This document shows positions 13,561-27,322 of a DNA stretch of 64,000 bases, piece after piece. This stretch comes from Octopus sinensis. Taxonomy: Eukaryota. The notes under the pieces are model-generated. The model did no database searches and was not told the DNA's origin. It worked only from the letters and a program-made list of their open reading frames with translations. Each line of letters opens with the position of its first letter. The stretch's first letter is position 1. The position numbers and the translations under genes were made by a program. The stretch lies in contig NC_043004.1 in NCBI RefSeq assembly GCF_006345805.1, positions 76,136,001-76,200,000 on the forward strand, written 5' to 3'.

Positions 13561-14104
13561 TGCATACTCCCCCCCCCATACTATCTATCTCGGATCAACC
13601 TATTTTAATTTAATCGCATGAGGGTTACCAGACGCTCTAAAGATATTTTAACTCTTTCCCTTCCTTCACTTTGTACATGTGTTTGTTTTTAAACATTCTT
13701 CTCAGCACATGGGTGCGGTAATCTAGAAAAGAAATAAAATTATTCAAATAATAGCCATGTATATATATCTTAATAGTCATAGCCAGAAAGTTCCACATGT
13801 GCGTGTGTGTGTGTATATATATATATATACATAAGTATGGCTATAGGTGAAGGCATGGCCGTGTGGTAAGAAGCTTGCTTCCCAACCTCATGGTTCCAGG
13901 TTCAGTCCCACTGCATGGCACCTTGGGCAAGAATTTTCTACAATAGCCTGAAGCCAACTAAATCCTTGTGAGTGGATTTGGTAGATGGAAATTGGAAGAA
14001 GCCCGTCGTGTGTGTGTGTCTATCTGTGTTTGCCTCCATCGGCAGCAGCACCACTGGTTTGTTTACGACGCCCTAACTTAGCAGTTTGGCAAAAGTGAAC
14101 AATA

Positions 14105-14515
14105 TAGGCGTAGGAGTGGCTGTGTGGTAAGTAGCTTGCTTACCAACTACATGGTTTCGGGTTCAGTCCCACTGTGTGGCACCTTAGGCAAATGTCTTCT
14201 ACTATAGCCTCGGGCCAACCGAAGCTGTGTGAGTGGATTTGGTAGATGGAAACTGAAAGAAGCCCGTCGTATATATGTGTGTATATATATATATATATGT
14301 ATGTATGTGTGTCTGTGTTTGTCCTCCCATAATTGCTTGACAAACGATGCTGGTGTGTTTATGTTCCTGTAACTTAGAGGTTCGGCAAATAGACCAATAA
14401 AATAATTACTAGGCTTACAAAGAATAAGTCCTGGAATCGATTTGCTCGACTAAAGGCGGTGCTCCAGCATGGCCACAGTCAAATGACTGAAACAAGTAAA
14501 AGAGTAAAAGAGAAT
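14105..14515 (+). mobile_element. SINE family A (preceded by a partial copy at ~13850-14100)
   Basis: ggcgtaggagtggctgtgtggtaagtagc...aatgactgaaacaagtaaaagagtaaaagag. Confidence 0.85.
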
Positions 14516-14668
14516 ATAATAAATACCAGGCTGAAAAAAGTAAGTATTGCAGTTGATTTGTTTGACTAAAAATTCTTCAAGGCAGTGCTCTAGCATGGCC
14601 ACAGTCTAATGATTGAGACAAGTAAAAAATAAAAGGTCAAAGGTATACAGATGCAGGTGTTAGTGTGG

Positions 14669-14820
14669 GCAGGGCTGGCCTTAGGGTTGCTGGCACCCCG
14701 GGCAAGCTGAACTTCAGCATGTACAAGTTGAAGGGTGTGGAAATTTCCTTGTCTTTGTCACGCCCTCCTTGGCGGCCCCTGGCACATGGCACCCGGGCAT
14801 CTGCCCAAGTTGCCAGTACC
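14669..14820 (+). mobile_element. Truncated hAT-type MITE
   Basis: Starts cagggctggccttaggg and contains ggcacccgggca/ggcggcccct motifs typical of CAGGGCCGG-terminated non-autonomous hATs; right TIR not found. Confidence 0.5.
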
Positions 14821-15110
14821 TTGAGCTGTGGATGTGTGGATAGGAACTTTATTTCCCAACCCCATGGTTTCAGGTTCAGTCTCACTTCATAGCACCTTGG
14901 ACAAGTATTTTCTATTACGCCATGTAAAAGATAAAAGGTCAAAGGTATACAGATGCAGGTGTTGGTGTGTGTGTGTGTGTGTGTGTGTGTGCATGCGCAC
15001 ATGCGTGCGTGTATATATATATATATATATGTCCCATCCATGCTAGCATGGAAGGCGGATGTTAAACAAAGATGATGATGATGGTATGTGTATGTGTGTA
15101 TTTAGATATA

Positions 15111-15148
<38 letters not shown>

Positions 15149-15271
15149 CTACTAATATAGGATGAAGTTTTTTACAGAAAAAATTTCATCAAAAAGTGGC
15201 ATCATATTAAAATACCTTTAAAGGTTAAAATTATAAACAACTTATAAACTTTTGCCCTTGTTTATAAGTTG

Positions 15272-15312
<41 letters not shown>

Positions 15313-17419
15313 ATGTATCTGTGTGTGTGCTTGTCTTCGTGTCTGTGTTTATCCCCCCCCCCACCACCACTTGATAACTGGTGTTGATATATTTATGTCC
15401 CTGTCACTTAGCAGTTCAGCAAAAGAGACTGATAGAATAAGCACCAGGCTTACAAGAAAGAAATAAGTACAGGGGCCAATTCATTTGGCTAAATATGCTG
15501 CAAGGCAGTGCTCCAGCATGGCGACAGTCTAATGACTGAAACAAGTAAAACAAACGATAAAATGAAATATCCCACTGAGTAAGGGAAAATAAACAAAAGC
15601 CTAGAGGCAGTCATTAATTACTCTCAAACAACTCCATTCAGTACATCCACACTTGAAGTAATTACCCAAATTAATACCATAAACCTATTCAAGTTATTTA
15701 TTTTACTGAAATCATTTTATCTTTTTTTTTTATATTTTCTTCATTTTGGTATAAAAATATATAAACTTTAGCTAAATATAGACGAGACCAAAATTGGAAT
15801 TTTATCATGGAGAAGTCGAGCAATAAAAATGGGTGGCTCGTGCTTTTTTTGTTTTTTGATATATTTTTAACGAAGATGAGTGATGGTCAAAAATTCTAGA
15901 CATTGCATAGGCATGGCTATATGGCTTAAGAAACACCTTTTGCTTCCTTATGGCTTTGAGTTCAATCCCACTGTGTGGTACCTTGAGCAAGTTTCTTCTA
16001 CTACAACCATAGGTAACAAAAGGGTTGAGAGCCACAAGTCTAAACCCTTCAAGGCAGGGCTCCAGCATGGCCAAAGTCCAATGGCTGCAACAAGTAAAAG
16101 AATAATAAAAACCTTTCTGGATTTAAGTTTATAAAATTGACTTTATATTAGAATTTGATGCTTTTTTTTTTTCATCTAGTTTCAGCTCACGAGCTGTGGC
16201 CATGCTAGGGCACCACCATTTTTGTTGAATTAAAATAATGAATTGGCAGAAAAGTGAAAGCATAAAAAATGATGCGTTGTGGTATTCATTCTGTATTTCT
16301 GTACACTAAGTTTAAATTTGGTTCATTTTCTTATCTGCTTTTCTAAGGTTTTGAACTCAGAAAAACTTACACCAACTTTTAATTAGAATTTGATCCACTT
16401 TGCTTCATCATCAGAACCATACTTATTCCACTGTTGGAACTCTTTGCATTGCTATTCACATACACATGATGGTAATTATGGTGATGATGATGGTGATGAT
16501 GATACATAGTCAAAATAAGGGGTTTGACAAGTTTAACCAAACACAACATCATACAACTCCTGTGGGGGTCTAACATGGGTTTTAATTTTGTTTTTACAGA
16601 TTGCACAGCCAACGGTGGGTCTATTTTGATAAATGATGACCTCCATTGTCAAAATCCTGGCTATTTACGTCGTCATTCTTGTTGTTTTTATGTCAACATT
16701 TCCATACTTGCATGGGTTAGATGGAATTCATTGAGATAGATTTTGTCAATGGCTGGATGCTCTTCCTGTTGTAAACCCTCACCTGTCTCCAAGCAAGGCC
16801 TGCTTTCACAGAAGAATGGAAATGAGCAACACTGCTTGTATGACAGTGACAATCAATTACAACCATCAGGTGAAATCAAGACAACAACACACACACACAT
16901 ATAATGTGCATGCCATCTCTCAAATACACTCAGGAGCTTTGGTTGGGCCAGGCTAAAGTGGAAGCCATCAGCTCTACGTACTACACAGTAGGACTCAGCA
17001 CTGGATTAACCATTAAGCAAAATAAGCATGTTCTTAGGGCATCAAGAGAAGGAGGGGGCACCACAGAAATGGTAAATGGTTTACAGCACAAAAGAAATCA
17101 CTTTAAACTTTGCTAAAATATATTCGGGATGCCTTTATCTCTACCAAGTAAAGATGCAGATGTGAAGAGACTTGATGTCTCAGTCTGGGTAAGTGGTTTA
17201 CTGCCTCATTTTTGCGTGTTCTTTCTTGTAGAAAGACAAAAGAAAATTTGTAATAAACCAAAGTAAGAGGTTTAATACCTCATTTTGTTTTTTTTTTTTA
17301 TCAAAAGAATAATGTATTGGAGAAGCAAAGAATTGGCGGGTGTTTTTTGTCTTCTCCCATCAATATCATTATTTTCATTTTTTTTTCATCATTCATTTCA
17401 ATAATATTTCTGTCCAGCC

Positions 17420-17741
17420 CGCAAGGTACTCTTTGTAATGCTGTCATGACAAATTTGATGAAATAAAGTACAGATGCAGATGTGTTATCTAAGATTAATT
17501 TTGAGAATCTGATCAAAGACTTTGCAATTCAAAAAAGTAGGAGGAAACTTTTCAAATCTAAATAAAGTGGAAGTAGACAAAAATAAACATTATTTTCCTT
17601 CCTACTGTTTTGTTTCATTTTGAAAAATAAAAGTTTATTTTATGGTTTGTTATTGTTTGTATTTTGAATTACATAATCTTTTGTGGGGACATCAAAATCT
17701 TTTAAGTGCTTAGGGCCTCGATAGGTCTTAATCCAGCCCTG
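17420..17741 (+). mobile_element. hAT transposon 3' remnant (transposase C-terminus plus right TIR)
   Basis: DVLSKINFENLIKDFAIQKSRRKLF* resembles the end of hAT (ZMYM1-like) dimerisation domains. The terminus gtcttaatccagccctg reads CAGGGCTGGATTAAGAC on the opposite strand. Confidence 0.6.
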
Positions 17742-19229
17742 GTGGGACTGAACTGGAAACCATATGGTTAAGATGCAAATTTCTTAAACAACACTTCATG
17801 CCCATACCATTTACCAACACAACACATCAACCCTAGCTTCCTTAAATGTTACCATTTTAACCAAGGGGCAGCATAGCAAGGGTCATGACCTATAAGCCGA
17901 AAAGGTCAAAGTTTTAGAAATATTCACCAATATATTCCGGTTCACACACAAAAAGAGAAAGAATAACAGAACTTTACTGTAGGGTTCTACTGTTTTGCTG
18001 GAGCTAAAGTATTTTAGCCAAGGGGACAGACACCACACCCAAGTGAAAAGGTCAAACCTTATTAAATCAGTTATGGTCATTTATTTATCAAATTATGTTT
18101 CTTTTATGTTTTACTTGTTTTAGTCATTGGAAATATTAAAAAATATGTTTGATGGGTGGAAGTGAAGTTCACACATGCACACACACACGCACAGACATGC
18201 ATGAACACACAGACACACATACAGACAGACGGACACACACACAGACACATAGATACAAACACACACACACACACATGCATGAACACACAGACACATAGAC
18301 ACAAACACACACACACACACACACACATAGACACACACATACACGAACACAGACACATAGACACAGACACACACAGACACACACATGTGTGCACACGCAC
18401 ACACACAGCTGCACACATACCTACACAGACATGCGCACAGATATACACACACATGCGTGCGCACACACACAGGATGGCAAAAATCAGATGATGAGAGCAA
18501 GACTATAGAGAGTAGTCAGCCATGATCTGCTGTCTTGCAAGGGACTCATAAACCTCTCTGGTGTTGGTACCAAGAGAAAGGTACATATGTAGTGCATGCT
18601 GTAAAGGTGAACATTCAGTGCATGCTGTAAAGGTGCACACATAGTGCACTCTATTGGCAATAGGAAGTTACATCCAACTGTAGAAATTGATCTAAACACC
18701 ATGTATAAGAACCAATTTTTTAGAAGCTGCTAATAGGTTTTGTCTCAGACTCAGGTGACCCGTTCAACCCATGCCAGCATGGAAGGAGGGCATAAAATGA
18801 TGATGATGATGATGACGACTGTACACCAAGTTGTCCACGAAAGAACTTTTGTAAGTCCTCTTCCCACCCCCTCGGCCAGTCATAACATAGAGCCATTTTG
18901 ATTGAAAGGCTCACTGCAAGTAAACAAGTCTACAACAGTGAGGACAATTATTCAGCATGTAAGCCACATGGTGGTAGGAGACAACGATGCTGGCGGAGGC
19001 GGGTATTGTGATGGTAATGGTGGTGGTAGTGGTGTTGGTGGTGGTGGTGTTGACAGGAGAAGTAAAACTGAGAATAAGGAAAGAACATGACAGACATTAA
19101 GATTTTGAAATCTGAATCCTTCTTGGCTGAAGAGTTGTTCTGACTATTGAAAGAATAAAGTCTGATTCTACAGTCTTCAGTTACTAAAGAATCTTGCGTT
19201 ACATTTCAGAATCCTCATGGTATGTAAGA

Positions 19230-19272
<43 letters not shown>

Positions 19273-20894
19273 GATTATCTGTGTGTTGAGTGGAAGTGTA
19301 GGCTGCGTGTTCAGTTGTAGTTGTGGTGATGAGGGGAATGGGTTGTGTGTTTAGGGTCTAGTTTCTTTGAGTCATCACAGACATTTCAGGGTGTTTTTAT
19401 TTCATCCATGTTTTGCCAACCAAACACACAATGCCACTTATAATTCTTGGTTTCTGAAATGACTCACATACAACAATTCCAGTCTTGCACCCTATCATTA
19501 AAGAGTTAAAGGCGCCAAGGAATTGGTAATACAATCACAGATATACATTTACATAAAAAAAAAAGAAAATGACACTGTGAGTTGCAATCACAAGGGTTCC
19601 ATTTGATCCAATCAACAGAACAATCTTCTTGTGAAATTAACATGTAAGTGGTTGAGTGCTCCACAGATTAGGGCGGCGGGCTGGCAGAATTGGTAGCACG
19701 CTGGACGAAATGCTTAGCGGTATTTTGTCTGCCACTACGTTCTGAGTTCAAATTCCGCTGAGGTCGACTTTGCCTTTCATCCTTTCGGGGTCGATTAAAT
19801 AAGTACCAGTTACGCCCTTTTTTTTTTGCCTCTTGAATGGCCTGGAGCAATGTGAAATAAAACATCTTGTTCAAGGACACAACATACCACCAGGTATTGA
19901 ACTTATGACCTAACAATTGTGTAGGCATAGGAGTGGCTGTGTGGTAAGTAGCTTGCTTACCAGCCACATGGTTCCGTGTTCAGTCCCACTGTGTAGCACC
20001 TTGGGCAAGTGTCTTCAACTATAGCCTCGGGCTGACCAAAGCCTTGTGAGTGGATTTGCTAGACAGAAACTGAAAGAAACTTGTCGTATATATGTATATA
20101 TATATATGTTCTCAATAGAGAACACAACATTCACTGACATTGGGAATAGCTGCCTGTTGAATAAAGAACCTGGTATACATAAGTGAGGCTGTAGTAAATT
20201 AAAATAGGCAATTATGTATCATACTCAACGAATATACACTGCTGATAGGCCAGTTACAGCAGTATTTATCTGTTATGGATATGCTGTGATAAAAACACAG
20301 TAAATATCAGAAAGAGATGAAAATTCATTCCAGCAGGGGCCAGTGAAAACACTAGGTGCATTTTGGGCCTTTTCAACGGCACATACAACCATTCACATGC
20401 TCAGACAAGAATTCATCATCTCTGATGTAGGAAAAAGTGAATAAAACATTCACTGATGTCGTAAATAGCTACCAGGCTGAATAAAAACCCAGTATATGCA
20501 ACTGATGTAGTCTTAAATTAAAATAGACGTCTATGTATCCCGATGAATGTATACACACTGTCAATAGACCAATTTACTGCAGTATTTGTCCAGAGATAAC
20601 ACCTCTTATGAACTTGTGATTACATGAAAAGCTTACTTTGAAAACCAGATCCAAGCATCGGAACGACTTTTGAGTAATTGAGGAAAACAACAGCTTGAAT
20701 ATATCTGATTTTCATTGGAAGACTAAGATTTGCCTCCTGTCTATATGGCATCCATCACCGTTTGACTGGAAAAAATTTCATGTGCATGAAGCCAGTAGCT
20801 TGCAGATTGTGTTTTAATGGTTATCATGGAATCAATGAAATATGCACTTATAGGTAAGCTCCTCACATTAGAAATTATTTCTACAGGCGACAGA

Positions 20895-23800
20895 ACTGGT
20901 GTTAGTACCCCATAAAAAGTACTGGTACCACATAAAAAGTACTGGTACTGGTACCACATAAAAAGCACTGGTACTAGTACCACATAAAAAGCACTGGTGC
21001 TGGTACCACATAAAAAGCACTGGTGCTGGTACCACATAAAAAGCACTGGTACTAGTACCACATAAAAAGCACTGGTGCTGGTACCACATAAAAAGCACTG
21101 GTGCTGGTACCACATAAAAAGCACTGGTGCTGGTACCACATAAAAAGCACTGCTGATGGTACCACATAAAAAGCACTGGTGCTGGTACCACATAAAAAGC
21201 ACTGGTACTAGTACCACATAAAAAGCACTGGTGCTGGTACCACATAAAAAGCACTGGTGCTGGTACCACATAAAAAGCACTGCTGATGGTACCACATAAA
21301 AAGCACTGGTGCTGGTACCACATATAAAAGCACTGGTACTAGTACCACATAAAAAGCACTGGTGCTGGTACCACACATAAAAAGCACTGGTGCTGTACCA
21401 CATAAAAAGCACTGGTGTGCTGGTACCACATAAAAAGCACTGGTACTAGTACCACAATAAAAAGCACTGGTGCTGGTACCAACATAAAAAGCACTGGTGC
21501 TGGTACCACATAAAAAGCACTGGTGCTGGTACCACATAAAAAGCACTGGTGCTGTACCACATAAAAAGCACTGGTGCTGGTACCACATAAAAAGCACTGG
21601 TGCTGGTACCACATAAAAAGCACTGGTGCTGGTACCACATAAAAAGCACTGGTGCTGGTACCACATAAAAAGCACTGGTGCTGGTACCACATAAAAAGCA
21701 CTGGTACTAGTACCACATAAAAAGCACTGGTGCTGGTACCACATAAAAAGCACTGGTGCTGGTACCACATAAAAAGCACTGGTACCGGTACCACATAAAA
21801 AGCACTGGTGCTGGTACCACATAAAAAGCACTGGTGCTGGTACCACATAAAAAGCACTGGTGCTGGTACCACATAAAAAGCACTGGTACTAGTACCACAT
21901 AAAAAGCACTGGTGCTGGTACCACATAAAAAGCACTGGTGCTGTACCACATAAAAAGCACTGTTGCTGGTACCACATAAAAAGCACTGGTACTAGTACCA
22001 CATAAAAAGCACTGGTGCTGGTACCACATAAAAAGCACTGGTGCTGGTACCACATAAAAAGCACTGGTACCGGTACCACAATAAAAAGCACTGGTACTAG
22101 TACCACATAAAAAGCACTGGTGCTGGTACCACATAAAAACACTGGTGCTGGTACCACATAAAAAGCACTGGTACTAGTACCACATAAAAAGCACTGGTGC
22201 TGGTACCACATAAAAAGCACTGGTGCTGGTACCACATAAAAAGCACTGGTGCTGGTACCACATAAAAAGCACTGGTACTAGTACCACATAAAAAGCACTG
22301 TTGCTGGTACCACATAAAAAGCACTGGTTGCTGGTACCACATAAAAAGCACTGGTGCTGGTACCACATAAAAAGCACTGCTGATGGTACCACATAAAAAG
22401 CACTGGTGCTGGTACCACATAAAAAGCACTGGTGCTGTACCACATAAAAAGCACTGGTACCGGTACCACATAAAAAGCACTGGTGCTGGTACCACATAAA
22501 AAGCACTGGTGCTGGTACCACATAAAAAGCACTGCTGATGGTACCACATGAAAAGCACTGGTGCTGGTACCACATAAAAAGCACTGGTACTAGTACCACA
22601 TAAAAAGCACTGCTGATGGTACCACATAAAAAGCACTGGTGCTGGTACCACATAAAAAGCAATGGTGCTGGTACCACATAAAAAGCACTGGTACTAGTAC
22701 CACATAAAAAGCACTGGTGCTGGTACCACATAAAAAGCACTGGTGCTGGTACCACATAAAAAGCACTGGTACTAGTACCACATAAAAAGCACTGGTGCTG
22801 GTACCACATAAAAAGCACTGGTGCTGGTACCACATAAAAAGCACTGGTGCTGGTACCACATAAAAAGCACTGGTGCTGGTACCACATAAAAAGCACTGGT
22901 GCTGGTACCACATAAAAAGCACTGGTGCTGGTACCACATAAAAAGCACTGGTGCTGGTACCACATAAAAAGCACTGCTGATGGTACCACATGAAAAGCAC
23001 TGGTGCTGGTACCACATAAAAAGCACTGGTGCTGGTACCACATAAAAAGCACTGGTGCTGGTACCACATGAAAAGCACTGGTACTAGTACCACATAAAAA
23101 GCACTGGTACTAGTACCACATAAAAAGCACTGGTGCTGGTACCACATAAAAAGCACTGGTGCTGGTACCACATAAAAAGCACTGGTGCTGGTACCACATA
23201 AAAAGCACTGGTGCTGGTACCACATAAAAAGCACTGGTGCTGGTACCACATAAAAAGCACTGCTGATGGTACCACATGAAAAGCACTGGTGCTGGTACCA
23301 CATAAAAAGCACTGGTGCTGGTACCACATAAAAAGCACTGGTGCTGGTACCACATGAAAAGCACTGGTACTAGTACCACATAAAAAACACTGGTACTAGT
23401 ACCACATAAAAAGCACTGGTACTAGTACCACATAAAAAACACTGGTGTTGGTACCACATAAAAAGCACTGGTGCTGGTACCACATAAAAAGCACTGGTAC
23501 TAGTACCACATAAAAAGCACTGCTGATGGTACCACATAAAAAGCACTGGTGCTGGTACCACATAAAAAGCACTGGTGCTGGTACCACATAAAAAGCACTG
23601 CTGATGGTACCACATGAAAAGCACTGGTGCTGGTACCACATAAAAAGCACTGGTGTTGGTACCACATGAAAAGCACTGGTGCTGGTACCACATGAAAAGC
23701 ACTGGTGTTGGTACCACATAAAAAGCACTGGTGCTGGTACCACATGAAAAGCACTGGTGCTGGTACCACATAAAAAACACTGGTGTTGGTACCACATGAA

Positions 23801-24170
23801 AAGCACTGGTGCTGGTACCACATAAAAAGCACTGGTACTAGTACCACATAAAAAGCACTGCTGATGGTACCACATAAAAAGCACTGGTGCTGGTACCACA
23901 TAAAAAGCACTGGTGCTGGTACCACATAAAAAGCACTGGTGCTGGTACCACATAAAAAGCACTGGTGCTGGTACCACATAAAAAGCACTGGTGCTGGTAC
24001 CACATAAAAAGCACTGGTGCTGGTACCACATAAAAAGCACTGGTGCTGGTACCACATAAAAAGCACTGCTGATGGTACCACATGAAAAGCACTGGTGCTG
24101 GTACCACATAAAAAGCACTGGTGTTGGTACCACATGAAAAGCACTGGTGTTGGTACCACGTGGAAAGTAC
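20895..24170. repeat. 26-bp minisatellite (ggtaccacataaaaagcactggtgct)n, roughly 125 units
   Basis: Direct tandem units with no spacers. Variant units carry actagt, accggt, gctgat, gttggt and catgaaaa. The array runs directly into a SINE 3' body at 24170. Confidence 0.97.
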
Positions 24171-24340
24171 TTTGTGAAAGTGGTTGGCATTAGGAAAGGC
24201 ATCGAACCTTAGAAACTGTGCCGAAACAGAAAATGGAGTCTGGTGCAGCCCCTGGTCTTACCAGCTCCCATCGCACCATCCAACTCACGCCAGCATGGAA
24301 AAGAAACGGATGTTAAATAACAATGATGATGATGAATTGA
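24160..24340 (+). mobile_element. SINE family C 3' body ending in a (GAT)n tail
   Basis: gaaagtggttggcattaggaaaggcatc...ccagcatggaaaagaaacggatgttaaataacaatgatgatgatg, the same as copies at ~1550-1730, 2060-2280, 3780-3975 and 10335-10690. Confidence 0.8.
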
Positions 24341-25727
24341 CAAAGAATAAACAATAGAATTAATCTCCAGATCTTTCTGCATATAGTTTCTACAAATTCA
24401 AGATTAAATGTCAGTTTTCACTTCCTTTTTTTGCAGAGTTCTAAAATGTTTATTTCATTTAATAATTTCAAAACTTTTCTTTTAAGAAAAAATTCTCCAG
24501 CTTGTGTGTATGTGTGGAATCAGTATCATGAGAATACAATATGGAAAATTTAATCATAAAAGAAAATCTCAAGAGTCAGATTATAATAAACTTTATAAAG
24601 TTGAAATTATAGCAGTTCCGTTTATCTGGAATAATGGTATTTAAGAATTAACCCACCACAGGGTGTCCTATAAATGTTTTTTGAATTTTTTTTTAATATA
24701 CCACCAAAACACACATACACAACTATTACCACTGCCACCACCACCAAGACCTTATAATGTTATTCCCATTTCACTCAATGTCAGTTCTTTTTTTTTTTTT
24801 CAGGGTTATCCATTTTACACCAGTCCTGACAGGCCAAATTGTTACCATGGAAACTAACTATATGAATATGTAATAGAGTATCATGAAAACCAACTCTTAA
24901 AGTAATTTTATAGATGGAGGCTTTCTCCCTCTTGTTTCTCTCTCTCTCTTTCTTGTTTTTCTCTCTCTCTCTTCTTTACACATACAGTAAATCCTGTTCA
25001 TTTCAAGGACATTCCACATTCTTAAATCCATGCTTTGTTTTCTCTTCTAAATATATTTACCGAAAAGGCAGTAGACTGGCAGATCTATTAGGATGCCTGA
25101 CAAAGTGGCATGTGGTATCCGTTCTGTATCTTGACATTCTAAGTTCAAATCCTACCAAAGTTTTCTTTACCTTTCATTATTCCTAATTTGCTAAAATACA
25201 CACACAGGCACAGTTGTGTGGTTGAGAAGGTTGCTTCCCAACCATATGGTTTGGGTTCAGTCCCACTGCACAGCATCCTGCTAAGTGTCTTCTACTGTAT
25301 CCCTGGGGTGAACAATGAGAGTGAATTTGGGAGATAAAAACTGAAAAAAGCCTGCTGATATATACATATATATACATCTGGCCATGGGCAAATATTAATC
25401 CATACTTGTAAACAGGTGAAGGTTGGCAACAGGAAAGGCATCTTACTACAGAAAAAAAATCTGCCTCATGGAAAAGTGGATGCTAAATGATGAGGATTAT
25501 GAAGAGGATTATACATATTGATTGATGTATGAAACAGATGTATGTTCATCCTGTGCAGTGGCTTGTTAAATTGAGCTGCTGCTTGACCTTTTGTGATCAG
25601 AAATATGTATCAATAAATAGATCAATCAGATCTAATGACCTTTCCCAAGAATATATACAGTACCTATTATTGACAACAATAATTACTCTTACCTGGAAAT
25701 CAGAAAAATGGAATCTAGTAATTTAGA

Positions 25728-25779
<52 letters not shown>

Positions 25780-26843
25780 AAATGTGCATATATATTTATA
25801 TTTATATCAATATGTAAGAGTGTGTGTGTGTGTATGCCTATCTGTGTGTGCATATGTATGTGTTAGTATATATATATATATATGTGTGTGTATTATTATC
25901 ATTGTAAGTTAAAATACTGTTGAGGTAAACCATCCCTTTCATCTTTTTGGGGTCAAGGAAATAAGTACCAGTCAAGCACAGGGGTCAATGTAATTGACTA
26001 TACCCCTCCCACAACATTTCAGGCTTTGTGCCTTAAGTAAAAAGCATTATTAACATTCTATGTATCACCTTTACTTTCCTTGAGTTGGCATTTATTCTAT
26101 AAAGATTCCCAATGCAGCAGGTTCATCCATGACTCAATAATTCCGTCATCTCTTCTGCAAATTCCTGTCTTCTCAGATCATCTTCAACCTGCCCTTTTCT
26201 TGTCTATGCCTTATCTGCACCATCTGTTGACTCACTTAAAAGTATTTCTGATTAAACTGTATTGCACGGTAGGCTTGTTTTGGGCTCGGTTAGTCTTTTA
26301 ACGACAACCGTTTTCAAAATGTGGAACTAAATGGATTTTAATACAAGATTATAGAAGACTTTCGCATCTTCTTTAGAAATTTAACAGCTTTGAATTTCAT
26401 GCCAGGTGGAGTTGAAACCTGAAACTCAGGTAGCTGCTTCAAATTTTGATAGAAAGCCAGCAGTTTTATGGGGAAAAGGGGTTAGTTGATTGGTTGGTTA
26501 GCACTATATTTTATCGACCTCAAAAAGGATGGAAGGCAGAATTGGCCTTGATCGACTTTGGACACAGAATTAAAGAGCCAGAAGAATTTTTGTCTGACAT
26601 ATAAAAGATTAAGGCATCACACCATCCTTATTTGGAGATTCCTTTGCATATCAAGGGAACGATTTGTTGATTACATCACCATCAGTACTAGACTTTATTT
26701 TATTGACCTTGGAGGGACAAAAAAGGCAAAGTTGACCTTAGTCAAACTTGAACTCAGAGAGTAAAGAACAGGTGAGAATGCCATTATGCATTTTGTCTAA
26801 TAGGCTAAAGATTCTCTTATTTTGCTGTTTTCGAAACTCAATA

Positions 26844-27048
26844 CAGTAATCCTTCAACTATCACAGGTGTTACGTTCCAAAACCTTCCACAGAAATATTT
26901 GAAATCTAAAAAAATCTAAATACCTATCGGCCACAGAAACCTGGATATACTGAGGAGTCTGTGATATAAATTTCCATATATTAGCCAGAAAAATCCACGA
27001 TGTACTGAGGGTGTGACAGGTGAACTACGATATGGGGAGGGATTACCG
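26844..27048. mobile_element. Short internally deleted relative of the 6611-7720 pogo-like element (opposite orientation)
   Basis: TA|cagtaatccttcaactatc...gatatggggagggattaccg|TA; the interior matches the reverse complement of ~6611-6760. Confidence 0.65.
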
Positions 27049-27101
27049 TAAAGGATGTAAAGTTTTGAATTCTTGTATATTTGCATACTGTAGGTCCTTA
27101 A

Positions 27102-27322
27102 CCCTTTCATTACTGTATTTCTGTTGAGATGCTCTGTATTTCTTTCAATTACTTTAAATATAACAAAGAATTTAGCAAAATAACTTGGTTATCATTTAGC
27201 TAGTGTTAGGAACATAAATTGTGACTAAGGTTTGGTGGAAGATTTTTATTCAGAACTTATGCAAACAAGACATTTGTACAACAGAGCCAGAGCTGGTTTC
27301 AGCCAGGTTGGTAACGAAGGGG
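27102..27322. mobile_element. piggyBac-like MITE, second copy
   Basis: ttaa|ccctttcattac...gtaacgaagggg|ttat; body colinear with 7016-7235. Confidence 0.7.

Noticed and set aside
12512-13621. YI/CV/HT-rich ORFs here and throughout the window
   Set aside because: These are dinucleotide microsatellite translations.
16371-16460. Minus-strand GT|GTAAGT donor as a candidate neurexin exon
   Set aside because: All three frames hit stops just upstream of the donor, and there is no LamG similarity.
20895-24170. CRISPR-like array
   Set aside because: Units are contiguous with no unique spacers, there are no cas genes, the context is eukaryotic, and the unit derives from a SINE.
20741-24202. Many long overlapping ORFs (VPAPVLFMWYQHQCFLCGTSTSAFY repeats)
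   Set aside because: They are translations of a 26-bp tandem unit cycling through all frames. They have no splice context or domain and are broken by unit indels.
24841-24854. RFX X-box-like GTTACCATGGAAAC
   Set aside because: It is an isolated motif with no promoter evidence, and a similar motif occurs in probable repeat sequence at ~52967.
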